Source: Nitrosopumilus sp.
GTDB taxonomy: Archaea > Thermoproteota > Nitrososphaeria > Nitrososphaerales > Nitrosopumilaceae
Reading direction: 5' to 3'
NCBI GenBank assembly: GCA_963662625.1
Contig: OY759726.1
Location: forward strand, 288,001-352,000
Length of the DNA: 64,000 nucleotides
Shown here: positions 18,810 to 27,275 of the stretch, piece after piece
Position numbering within the stretch: the first letter of the stretch is position 1
How the letters are laid out: each line of letters starts with the position of its first letter
Position numbers and translations under genes: made by a program
Notes under the pieces: generated by a model
What the model was told of the DNA's origin: nothing
Databases searched by the model: none
Seen by the model: the letters and a program-made list of their open reading frames with translations, nothing else

Positions 18810-20219
18810 ATGAATAAGAGAATCAGCACGCTCTTTACAGTTGCGGCAGTAGCTGTAATGGGCGCTACCTTATTCGGAAGCACATACACACAAACACAGA
18901 TTGCTGGCCAGTCCATCGACGCATCCCAACTAGACGTTGACGTCCTAGAGCAGATCCAACAAATGGGGGGGTTGCAACTGGTGATGCCTGAGGCGTTCGC
19001 AGTAACCGACTGCGCCGTTTTGGAGTCGTCTGGCAGAAACGTCTACGACTTCCAACTAACCGGCGTGAGCGTCGAACTCCCGACCATGGGAGGCAAGACG
19101 TTCAATGCGATGACCTTCAGCGGGCAGGTCCCAGGACCCACGCTCAGAGTCACGCAGGGCGACGTCGTGAAGATGACACTCACGATTCCGGCAGACGAGG
19201 TCACAGGCCACGGCAACGACATGCACTCATCACAAATGTCAGCGGGCAACTTTGAGTCAGTAAACCCTGGCGAGACGAGTCAGTACTGCTACATTGCTGA
19301 AACCGCGGGCATCTTCAAGTACCACTGTTCGGGCGTGAAGCTTGTGGGCATGGATCAACACGTACTTTCTGGCATGTACGGAATCGCGATAGTCGATCCC
19401 GCCAACGGCTACAAGAAACTGATGGTGGAGAAGACGAGCGGCAGCGGCATGATCGACAGAAAGTTCTACGACGCGGACGCGCTAGAGTTCCAACTCCAGT
19501 ACAACCAGATGTACCTGACGCCCGAGGGCAACTATGATCAAGTGGCGATGTTCAAGCACCAAAACACGGCCACGGTTGTCAACGGGATGCAGTTCGGCTA
19601 CGTGCCGAACATGGCACACAACCTGCTGGTCAACGGAGACACGAACAAGAACATCTTTGTAGCGCAGCCTTGGAACGGAATCGAGCTCAAGCAATACCAG
19701 TCACAACTGCTGTTTGTTGAAAACGACCAACACGTGAGACTCTTCATAGAGAATCAGGGCAACGAGCCGGTGTTCTTCCACATTGTTGGCGAGATCTTGG
19801 ACAGGGTTGTCCAGGGGAACCGCGTACAATCTGCAGCGACCGAAACGTGGCTGCTGGGAGGTTCACAGGGCATGATAGTCGACGTGGTGTTTGACGAGCC
19901 CGGCGTCTATGCGGCGGTCAATCACGACTATGCGGCCATCTACACTGGCGCGGCCACGGTATTCGTGGCAGGCGACCCGTTCGGCCTGAACCCGGTTCTG
20001 GTCGACAAGGGAGTGCTGGACGCACCGGTGCCCTCGTATGCATACGCATTGGGCAACCCGAGCGACGCCGTTCCCCCGATGGGGATGAACAGCATTGCCC
20101 ACCCCGCGATCAACATCCATGGTCTGTACACTGACGAAGTAGCTTCCGCTATGCAAGAAGGCGGCATGATCGCTCTATGGGAAGTAATTCCCGTGGTTGC
20201 CGACATCCTGACCTCTTAG
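18810..20219 (+). CDS. nirK: Copper-containing nitrite reductase, AOA type
   Basis: Signal peptide; copper-binding motifs GQVPGPTLRVTQGD, HGNDMH, FKYHC...DQHVLSGMYG, FHIVGEI and AVNHD. Confidence 0.93.
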   Translation: MNKRISTLFTVAAVAVMGATLFGSTYTQTQIAGQSIDASQLDVDVLEQIQQMGGLQLVMPEAFAVTDCAVLESSGRNVYDFQLTGVSVELPTMGGKTFNAMTFSGQVPGPTLRVTQGDVVKMTLTIPADEVTGHGNDMHSSQMSAGNFESVNPGETSQYCYIAETAGIFKYHCSGVKLVGMDQHVLSGMYGIAIVDPANGYKKLMVEKTSGSGMIDRKFYDADALEFQLQYNQMYLTPEGNYDQVAMFKHQNTATVVNGMQFGYVPNMAHNLLVNGDTNKNIFVAQPWNGIELKQYQSQLLFVENDQHVRLFIENQGNEPVFFHIVGEILDRVVQGNRVQSAATETWLLGGSQGMIVDVVFDEPGVYAAVNHDYAAIYTGAATVFVAGDPFGLNPVLVDKGVLDAPVPSYAYALGNPSDAVPPMGMNSIAHPAINIHGLYTDEVASAMQEGGMIALWEVIPVVADILTS

Positions 20220-20221
20220 CC

Positions 20222-20237
20222 TCTTTTTTTCTTTTAT
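20222..20237 (+). terminator. Oligo-T archaeal terminator after nirK
   Basis: tctttttttcttttat directly after the stop codon. Confidence 0.6.
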
Positions 20238-20278
20238 TACCTTAATGAAATATATGCCGTGCGCGCGGTGGAATCCCT

Positions 20279-21211
20279 GTGAGTTTTAACGACTCTGTCC
20301 TGGTGTGCGACGAGGTGGCACCGGTGCTGACCAAAATCCTCCAGGACAACGGGCTCCGGGTATCGTACGAGCCGGAGATAACCGCCGGCCAGGTACTCGA
20401 AAGGATCCGGGACTACGAGATCGTGATCGTCCGGAGCAGGACCACCATCACCGGGGAGATGATCGCGGCTGCCGGCAAGTGCAAGATCATCGCGCGAGTG
20501 GGGGTCGGGTTAGACAACATCGACCTCGAGGCCGCCAAGTCGAGGGGCATCCGGGTCATCAACGCGGTGGAGGGGGCGATGAACGCCGTGGCTGAGCTGG
20601 TCCTGGGCCTGATGCTGTCGCTGGCAAGGCAGACGGCGCGCGGCGACAGGGGGATCAGGGGAGGCCAGTGGCTGAAAAAAGAGCTCAAGGGAACCGAGCT
20701 CAAGGGGAAGTACCTCGGGATCATCGGGCTGGGAAACATCGGAAAGCGCCTGGCCCGGCTTGCCCGGGCGCTGAACATGAACGTAATCGGCTACGACGTG
20801 ATCCCGATCGACGCAGAGTTCTCGAAGGAGGTCGGCCTCATAAAGTCTGACCTGGACACCCTGCTGCAGAGCTCAGACTACGTGTCCGTCCACGTCCCGC
20901 TCCTGGACTCGACCCACCACCTCATCGACTCGCAGAAGATGTCGCTGATGAAGCCAACTGCCAGCATAATCAACACGTCCAGGGGGGGGATAGTGGACGA
21001 GGACGCGCTCTACGACGCCCTCAGCAACGGCAGGCTCGCAGGCGCCGCGCTCGACGTGTTTGAAAAAGAGCCCGCTACCGGGAACAGGCTTGCGGAACTG
21101 GACAACGTCATACTCACCCCGCACATCGGCGCCCAGACCAAGGAGGCGCAGTCGCTTGCGGCAAACGTGATCGGAGAGAAGATCATCCAGGTGCTCCGCG
21201 GCGTGATCTAG
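20279..21211 (+). CDS. serA: D-3-phosphoglycerate dehydrogenase
   Basis: ARVGVGLDNID, GIIGLGNIG, INTSRGGIVDE and TPHIGAQT motifs. Confidence 0.88.
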   Translation: MSFNDSVLVCDEVAPVLTKILQDNGLRVSYEPEITAGQVLERIRDYEIVIVRSRTTITGEMIAAAGKCKIIARVGVGLDNIDLEAAKSRGIRVINAVEGAMNAVAELVLGLMLSLARQTARGDRGIRGGQWLKKELKGTELKGKYLGIIGLGNIGKRLARLARALNMNVIGYDVIPIDAEFSKEVGLIKSDLDTLLQSSDYVSVHVPLLDSTHHLIDSQKMSLMKPTASIINTSRGGIVDEDALYDALSNGRLAGAALDVFEKEPATGNRLAELDNVILTPHIGAQTKEAQSLAANVIGEKIIQVLRGVI

Positions 21212-21308
21212 GCCCTCCCTTCCCAGAACTTAAATAACTAAAAAAACTTGACTGTTACGTGATGGAATGCTGCCTGAACGGCCTTAGCTCTCCCGGGAGG
21301 CCATTAGG

Positions 21309-22442
21309 GTGTTGAAAAACCGGCGCCTGCCAAGAGTCATCCCGGGCAGCCCCCGCAAAAACCTGCCCAGCACCAGATCGCTGCTGGTAATATCGCTCGG
21401 ACTGGTCATACTGGCTGTAGTCTCGCCGTATTTTGTACATGCCGACACGGGCTCCGTCACAGTCGACGGCATCCCCTACGACGTAAGTTATGACGCCGTG
21501 GGAGTCGGCATTCTGGGGTTTGACACCGATCCGGAGTGGCCCGCCCTGATAGTGTCCATGGACGCGGCGTCTTCCGGGATCCTGGACGTCACACTTGGAA
21601 GCGACCTACTTGATTCCCTTTATGACGAAGCGGGAGGCGAGTTTGAGGTCCTGGCCGACGACGATCTGGCGGTCTTTTCCGAAACGGAAACCATGCCGTC
21701 CTCTAGGGCCCTGACCATCGTCGTGCCCGCGGGAACCCAAGAGATTTTGATCGGCACCATCCCGGCGGAGGATCCGGCGCCAGTAGACGCGGCGGAGGAT
21801 CCGGCGCCAGTAGACGCGGCGGAGGATCCGGCGCCAGTAGACGCGGCGGAGGATCCGGCGCCAGTAGACGCGGCGGAGGATCCGGCGCCAGTAGACGCGG
21901 CGGAGGATCCGGCGCCAGTAGACGCGGCGGAGGATCCGGCGCCAGTAGACGCGGCGGAGGATCCGGCGCCAGTAGACGCGGCGGAGGATCCGGCGCCAGT
22001 AGACGCGGCGGAGGATCCGATGCCAATCGGCGCGGCCGTGGACGCGTCAAGTTCCACATCCGTCACGGCCTCCGACGGCGCGACATCTGACATGGCATCC
22101 ACGGATCCGACAGGCGATACTGCCGATGATCCGGGCATGGGCACGGCTGACGACGCGGTAAATGCCGGGACGGTGACAGCGGACGGCCAGACGGTGGAAT
22201 GCGGGCCAGGCACAGTTCTTGAAGACGGAGTATGCATTCTGGACGAACCTGCCGATCCGCCGGAACCCCTAGAGACCGCCCAGTCAGAGTCGGCAACGGG
22301 CCAGGCGGAATCCGCCCCCGGCAAGCCGCTGCTCTCCGGACTCAGCTACGGGATCGTCATGGCGTTCATAATTGCAGGTGGCGTCGGGGCCCTCCTCGGC
22401 GCGGCAGCCAGGTCAAGCATGCGCAACAGGCAAAAGAACTAG
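21309..22442 (+). CDS. Membrane-anchored surface protein with acidic repeat stalk
   Basis: N-terminal hydrophobic segment, PAPVDAAED repeats, CGPGTVLEDGVC motif and C-terminal TM helix. Confidence 0.78.
   Translation: MLKNRRLPRVIPGSPRKNLPSTRSLLVISLGLVILAVVSPYFVHADTGSVTVDGIPYDVSYDAVGVGILGFDTDPEWPALIVSMDAASSGILDVTLGSDLLDSLYDEAGGEFEVLADDDLAVFSETETMPSSRALTIVVPAGTQEILIGTIPAEDPAPVDAAEDPAPVDAAEDPAPVDAAEDPAPVDAAEDPAPVDAAEDPAPVDAAEDPAPVDAAEDPAPVDAAEDPAPVDAAEDPMPIGAAVDASSSTSVTASDGATSDMASTDPTGDTADDPGMGTADDAVNAGTVTADGQTVECGPGTVLEDGVCILDEPADPPEPLETAQSESATGQAESAPGKPLLSGLSYGIVMAFIIAGGVGALLGAAARSSMRNRQKN
21765..22019 (+). repeat. Perfect 27-bp tandem repeat, 9 copies plus a partial
   Basis: Unit gcggaggatccggcgccagtagacgcg. 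Confidence 0.97.
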
Positions 22443-22951
22443 CACCTAAAACCGTCGCCGCGCATCATCCCGTCAAAGCCGAACCCCGTGTACTGGGAGC
22501 TTGTAGCATACGGGATAAAGCCGAGAACCGGGGTGCTGACGGTAACCAGCACGTACATCTTGGTGGGATCCAGCCTGACGTCCCCGCCATCAAACTCGTA
22601 GTCCAGCGTCATGAATATGCTCTGTACCGTGATAAACTCGTCGGATCTAAACCCCCCGTACTGCAGTGCGGAAGATGATGGCTCCAGGCCCACCCCGTCC
22701 ACAACGAATGTGCCCAGGATGTCCGCGTCATAAAACAGGTCCGCCTGGAAACTCCTGAGGTCCGCCCACAGCGGCGTCGGGTTGCAGAACTCCACGTACC
22801 CGCTGTTTGACATGGCAAAAAAGCTGAACCCCTCGGCATCGCCCCACCTGTACTGGAGCTGCTCTGCGGCGTAAATGTTCATGCCCGAGTACGCGAAGGG
22901 GACCGCCATCACCACGATCGCAATGCACGTAATTACAGTGTGTTTGTTCAT
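22439..22951 (-). CDS. Hypothetical membrane-anchored protein
   Basis: N-terminal TM segment; 4-bp overlap with the upstream gene. Confidence 0.72.
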   Translation of the reverse strand: MNKHTVITCIAIVVMAVPFAYSGMNIYAAEQLQYRWGDAEGFSFFAMSNSGYVEFCNPTPLWADLRSFQADLFYDADILGTFVVDGVGLEPSSSALQYGGFRSDEFITVQSIFMTLDYEFDGGDVRLDPTKMYVLVTVSTPVLGFIPYATSSQYTGFGFDGMMRGDGFRC

Positions 22952-23595
22952 GCCCCGTTACGCAACTTCACCGTGATGATGCCCTCGTCCATCAGGTAAT
23001 CCAGCGCCCCTATGAACTCTTCGTCGGAAACCGATCCCTCGATCCACCAGAACGCGATGCCCTTCACCCAAAACGGAATGTGGACGTCGTTCATGTTATG
23101 CTCCGTGACCTGGAACGGGACCTCTATGATCTCCTTGTCCACGTATTTTTCCAGCGCGTCGATCACTATCCAGCTTGAGACGTAGCCGCCTACCCAGTTG
23201 GCGATGTACGGCTTTAGCAGTTCTGGCAGGCACCTCTTCCCCGAATCGACCAGGACGAATTCCGCGGTGGCCCATCCCCCCGAGTACTCCACGTCGATGA
23301 AGTAAACCCCCCGCGGGAATATGTCCTCGCTGAAGGCCACCCGTGACGGCACGGGGGTCTCGTAATCGTCGACGGCCACCGGTATCGCGCTGCTGCCCTT
23401 CCCCTCGCTGTCCCTTATGTGGATCGTCGCAACGTCCCCGGTGACCTCGGACACCCTGATCGTGTAGAACAGCTTCTCGCAATAGCTGAACGTCGACTGC
23501 TCCATGGCAATCTCTACTGTGGGCGCCGCGTGCGCGGCGGGCACCAGCCCGAGGACCGCCACCGCCGCAAGGACGTAACCTCTCTTCACCCTCAT
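22948..23595 (-). CDS. Secreted protein with thaumarchaeal IPxWVK...WW..G..SD.EF C-terminal domain
   Basis: Signal peptide; HIPFWVKGIAFWWIEGSVSDEEFIGALDYLMDEGII. Confidence 0.78.
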   Translation of the reverse strand: MRVKRGYVLAAVAVLGLVPAAHAAPTVEIAMEQSTFSYCEKLFYTIRVSEVTGDVATIHIRDSEGKGSSAIPVAVDDYETPVPSRVAFSEDIFPRGVYFIDVEYSGGWATAEFVLVDSGKRCLPELLKPYIANWVGGYVSSWIVIDALEKYVDKEIIEVPFQVTEHNMNDVHIPFWVKGIAFWWIEGSVSDEEFIGALDYLMDEGIITVKLRNGA

Positions 23596-23723
23596 ACGTG
23601 GCAGTGCCACTTTATAAAAATCCCAGCCCGCCGCCCACGGCGCCGGGCGCCTCCCGTGCCGTAGGCCTGCCGTGCCCGGCCCGTTTCGTTTTAGTTATTA
23701 AAGGGGTTCTTGATACCCAATCC

Positions 23724-24179
23724 ATGCCCAGTTTGCAGGATCGCTCGTGGATAAGGCTGTGGAAGGAGAACGCCCCCGAGCTGCGGGAACGCGTCGTGAA
23801 ATGGCGCAAGCAAAACGCGATCACCAGGATAGACAAGCCAAGCCGCATCCAGCGGGCAAGGAGGCTGGGCTACAAGGCAAAGCAGGGCATCATAGTGGTC
23901 CGGATGCGCGTGGGCACCGGCGGCATGAGAAAACAGAGGCCCACCGGCGGCCGCAGGCCAAAGCATCTCGGCGTCACCCGGATCAAGGCCGACGACAACA
24001 TGAACAAGGTGGCAGAGAGGAGGGTCTTGGAGAGGTATCCCAACATGAGGATCCTGGGCTCCTACTTTATCTACAAGGACGGCCTGCACTACTGGTTCGA
24101 GGTCATCATGGCAGACCCGGCCCACCCGAGGATCGTGCAGGACAAGGAGCTCAAGAAACGGCTCGCGCCTGCCGCGTAA
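23724..24179 (+). CDS. rpl15e: 50S ribosomal protein L15e
   Basis: RARRLGYKAKQG and YPNMRILGSY...YWFEVIMADP motifs. Confidence 0.95.
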   Translation: MPSLQDRSWIRLWKENAPELRERVVKWRKQNAITRIDKPSRIQRARRLGYKAKQGIIVVRMRVGTGGMRKQRPTGGRRPKHLGVTRIKADDNMNKVAERRVLERYPNMRILGSYFIYKDGLHYWFEVIMADPAHPRIVQDKELKKRLAPAA

Positions 24180-24180
24180 A

Positions 24181-25005
24181 TTGAACGCGTTCCTGACAGT
24201 CCCGCTGCTGCTCCTCCTGGCAACCGCGCCCGCCCATGCCCAGATGCTGTCCGACAAGACGGGCCTCCTGTACCGGCTGGACATAGAGGCCGGCGGCCAC
24301 AGCTACGAAGTCGAGACGGTATCTACATTCGACGTCCGGGACTATTCGTTCGACGGGGATCAGGGGCGCCTGACGCTGCACGTCTTCAGCGGCGTCGAGG
24401 ATAACCTGGGCGAGCTGCTGATCCCGCAGGCCCTCATGGGAGGGGACCTTGCCGTCTACCTGGACGGCGCCGAACTGCCCGCCAGGATAGGCTCCAACGA
24501 AAGGATCTCATTTGTCACGATAAGCTTTACCGGCTCCGGGGACAGCAGGATCGACGTCGTCGGCGACTCCCGCCTTGGCGCCACGGGGGCCCCGCAAGCT
24601 GGAGCGGAGCCCGCGCCCGCGGGCGGCGGGTGCCTGGTGGCCACGGCCGCATACGGCTCCGAACTAGCGCCCCAGGTGCAGATGCTTAGGGAGGTGCGCG
24701 ACGGCAAGGTGGCCGGCACGCCGCTGGGGGCAGCATTCATGGGGGGATTCAACCAATTGTACTACTCGTTCTCCCCGCACGTGGCAGACTACCAGAGGGA
24801 AAACGCGGCATTCAACGGGGCGGTAAGGATGGCCATCACGCCCATGGTGGCGTCACTCGGGCTCATGTCCCTGGCAGAGTCGGAGCAGGAGATCCTGGCG
24901 TACGGCACCGCGGTAATGCTGCTCAACGTGGGGCTGTACCTGGCGGCGCCCGCCGCGGCCCTCGCGCTCCTGGGAAGGGCGTCTACTGGCCGACGAGCTT
25001 CCTGA
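24181..25005 (+). CDS. CFI-box-CTERM domain secreted/membrane protein
   Basis: GGGCLVATAAYGSELAPQVQMLREVRD...FNQLYYSFSP. Confidence 0.87.
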   Translation: MNAFLTVPLLLLLATAPAHAQMLSDKTGLLYRLDIEAGGHSYEVETVSTFDVRDYSFDGDQGRLTLHVFSGVEDNLGELLIPQALMGGDLAVYLDGAELPARIGSNERISFVTISFTGSGDSRIDVVGDSRLGATGAPQAGAEPAPAGGGCLVATAAYGSELAPQVQMLREVRDGKVAGTPLGAAFMGGFNQLYYSFSPHVADYQRENAAFNGAVRMAITPMVASLGLMSLAESEQEILAYGTAVMLLNVGLYLAAPAAALALLGRASTGRRAS

Positions 25006-25645
25006 CCTTGGCTTCCAGGTTGCCTGACTGGCCAAACGACACGTCACGCAGCACGCCATCCCTGTCGACCAGTATGGTCGACGGCGTGCCCCGCAGTGAG
25101 AACTTTTCGAACGTCTCGGCAGAGAACTCCTTTGATCCCATATAGTCCCTGACCCTCCGGACGACCTGCTCTCTGTACTCCTCCGGCTGCGAGTCGAACT
25201 CTGGAATCTGTGGACGTATGAACTGCATCACCTTCTCCTGGCTGATCTCGCCGGACGCCCTCGTGAGGACGTCCATTCCCAGCGGGAAGGGGATCTTGTA
25301 GGGGAGCCTGTCCCCCTCCAGGAGCTGCCCGTACGTCGACAGCGTGTCCTTGGTATCGCCTACCACCCTGCCGGTCTCTGCGAGCATCCTCAGGTTCTCC
25401 AGAGTGTTCTTGTCAAAATCCTCAAACGCGGTTGCGATCCCGAGCACCCTGACCCCGTCATCCCCGTACCTGTTGTAGATGTCTATGGCCTCGGGAATCG
25501 CGTGCATAAAGCAGCCGGGGCAGTTTACCTGGAACACCTCCACCAGGACAACGTGGTCTTTTTCCTGGTCCAAGTTGGTGGGGGCGCCCTGGATCCACTC
25601 AGAGACGCCCAGGTTCGGCGCCTTCTGCCCTATGACCGCGCTCAT
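24983..25645 (-). CDS. Redoxin/TlpA-family thiol-disulfide oxidoreductase
   Basis: FQVNCPGC and GTPSTILVDRDG motifs. Confidence 0.85.
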   Translation of the reverse strand: MSAVIGQKAPNLGVSEWIQGAPTNLDQEKDHVVLVEVFQVNCPGCFMHAIPEAIDIYNRYGDDGVRVLGIATAFEDFDKNTLENLRMLAETGRVVGDTKDTLSTYGQLLEGDRLPYKIPFPLGMDVLTRASGEISQEKVMQFIRPQIPEFDSQPEEYREQVVRRVRDYMGSKEFSAETFEKFSLRGTPSTILVDRDGVLRDVSFGQSGNLEAKVRKLVGQ

Positions 25646-25689
25646 CAACTGTAATCGGTTTTTTTCCATTAAATACATACCTGAGGAGT

Positions 25690-26270
25690 GCCAGTAACAC
25701 TTTCGGCGATCACGCCCCGCGGGACTGCCTCCACCCATGCGAGAAAATCAGCAGGAACCAACCCCGTCATGCTTGCAGTGCCGCCTTCCCAGGTTACTGT
25801 AGGCCCCAGCTCGTTCGTGGCGTACGTGTGGACATTCGCCACCACGCCCGGGATGGCCGGCTCGCCGGCATCAATTACGCCGTTTGCGCTGCCGTCCAGG
25901 CGTGCCGTAACGTCGAGCGTCACGGCCTCCGACGTCGCCACGGGGCGATTCCCACGCCAAACGTGGCGGGCGTTCCCATGGCAGGCTGCACGTAAGCGTA
26001 GAACGGGCCGGTGGCGACGGCGTGGCCAAGCGGGAAGCACGCAGCCTGCGCCAGCGCCGCCTCGGACGGGGCGGTGCCCTCGAACGCGTACGCGCCGTCA
26101 GAACACGTGACTGCCTCCGGCATGACCTGCGGGCTTGTCAGGCCTATGGCGTACATCGCGTGCCCCGGGATCCCGAACTCGCCGGGATCCCGGATCCCGT
26201 TGCCGTTGGAGTCGGTAAAGACGGTTCCCCGGATCGTGGTCCCGCTGCCGGATCCCCACGCGCGCGCCGG
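25690..26270 (-). pseudogene. Orphan frameshifted SdrD-B-like module, paralogous to the C-terminus of the 2259-5129 protein
   Basis: IRGTVFTDSNGNGIRDPGE...GAYAF, then after a frameshift near 25940 VTLDVTARLDGSANGVIDAGEP...VHTYA...LVPADF. No N-terminus. Confidence 0.75.
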
Positions 26271-26332
26271 GACGCGGCCGAGGGGGGCCAATAAAGTAAC
26301 CTAATATAGGACGCCTGAAACCTCAAAGCAAA

Positions 26333-26821
26333 ATGCAGGCAGTTACTGACGACAGGCTTTCGCTCCTTGCCGAAATGGAGGCAAGGTACGAGCAAAAAGA
26401 CACGGACTACTTTGTGGGCCTCCTGGATCACCCCGACTATGTCATAAGGGCCCGGGCCACCTGCATCCTGGTCGACTTTGGCGGCGAGGACAAGGTGCCC
26501 TTCATCGCCAGGGTGCTCAAGGGCGACTCCAACGAGCTGGTGAGGCACGAGGCGGCGTTCTCGCTGGGCCAGATGTGCTATTCCAGCTCCGTGCCCCCGC
26601 TGGCGGACGCCACGCTGAACGATCCGAGCATGTTCGTGAGGCACGAGGCCGCGATCGCCCTGGGGGTAGTCGGCAGCGCCGACGCAAAGGAGGCCCTGAA
26701 AAAGGCGCTGAACGACCGGGACAGGCCGGTGGCAGAGTCAGCCGTGGTCGCCCTGTCCAACATCGCGTTCATGGAAAAGTTAAGTAAGAACGAAAAGTTT
26801 GCAAGGTTGACGGGTGGATGA
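26333..26821 (+). CDS. HEAT/PBS-lyase repeat protein, half-size deoxyhypusine hydroxylase-like
   Basis: VRHEAAFSLGQM, VRHEAAIALG and VAES...AL motifs. Confidence 0.8.
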   Translation: MQAVTDDRLSLLAEMEARYEQKDTDYFVGLLDHPDYVIRARATCILVDFGGEDKVPFIARVLKGDSNELVRHEAAFSLGQMCYSSSVPPLADATLNDPSMFVRHEAAIALGVVGSADAKEALKKALNDRDRPVAESAVVALSNIAFMEKLSKNEKFARLTGG

Positions 26822-27263
26822 GGTGAAGTTCGCGTACGGTGTGATAGCTGCGGTGGGCGTCCTCATAGCAATCAGCCTCGGCCTGATCGCCGCAGACCCG
26901 GGATACCTGCCGGAGCCGTCAGCTCTCAGCGAGGGCGCCCCTCCGGGGCAGCCGGAGCCCCCGGCGCCTGCAGTCGTTTCCCTGCCCCCGGGTTCGGGCT
27001 CTCCCGGCTGCGAGTCGACCAACGAGTGCTTCATCCCGTACAGCCTCCAGGCAAGCGCGGGCGGCACCGTCACGTGGAACAACGACGACACCGTGGCGCA
27101 TACGGTGACCAGCGGGACCCTGGACGGGGGGCATGACGGCCTCTTTGACTCCGGCCTGTTCATGTCGGGCGCCTCCTTTGACTACGTGTTTGACGAGGCA
27201 GGCGAGTACGACTATTACTGCATGGTCCACCCGTGGATGGTGGGCAAGATCACCGTGGCCTAG
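26814..27263 (+). CDS. Membrane-anchored plastocyanin/cupredoxin
   Basis: VTWNNDD.VAHTVTSG and YYCMVHPWMVG type-1 copper ligands. Confidence 0.92.
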   Translation: MDEVKFAYGVIAAVGVLIAISLGLIAADPGYLPEPSALSEGAPPGQPEPPAPAVVSLPPGSGSPGCESTNECFIPYSLQASAGGTVTWNNDDTVAHTVTSGTLDGGHDGLFDSGLFMSGASFDYVFDEAGEYDYYCMVHPWMVGKITVA

Positions 27264-27275
27264 CGGATCCCGCGG

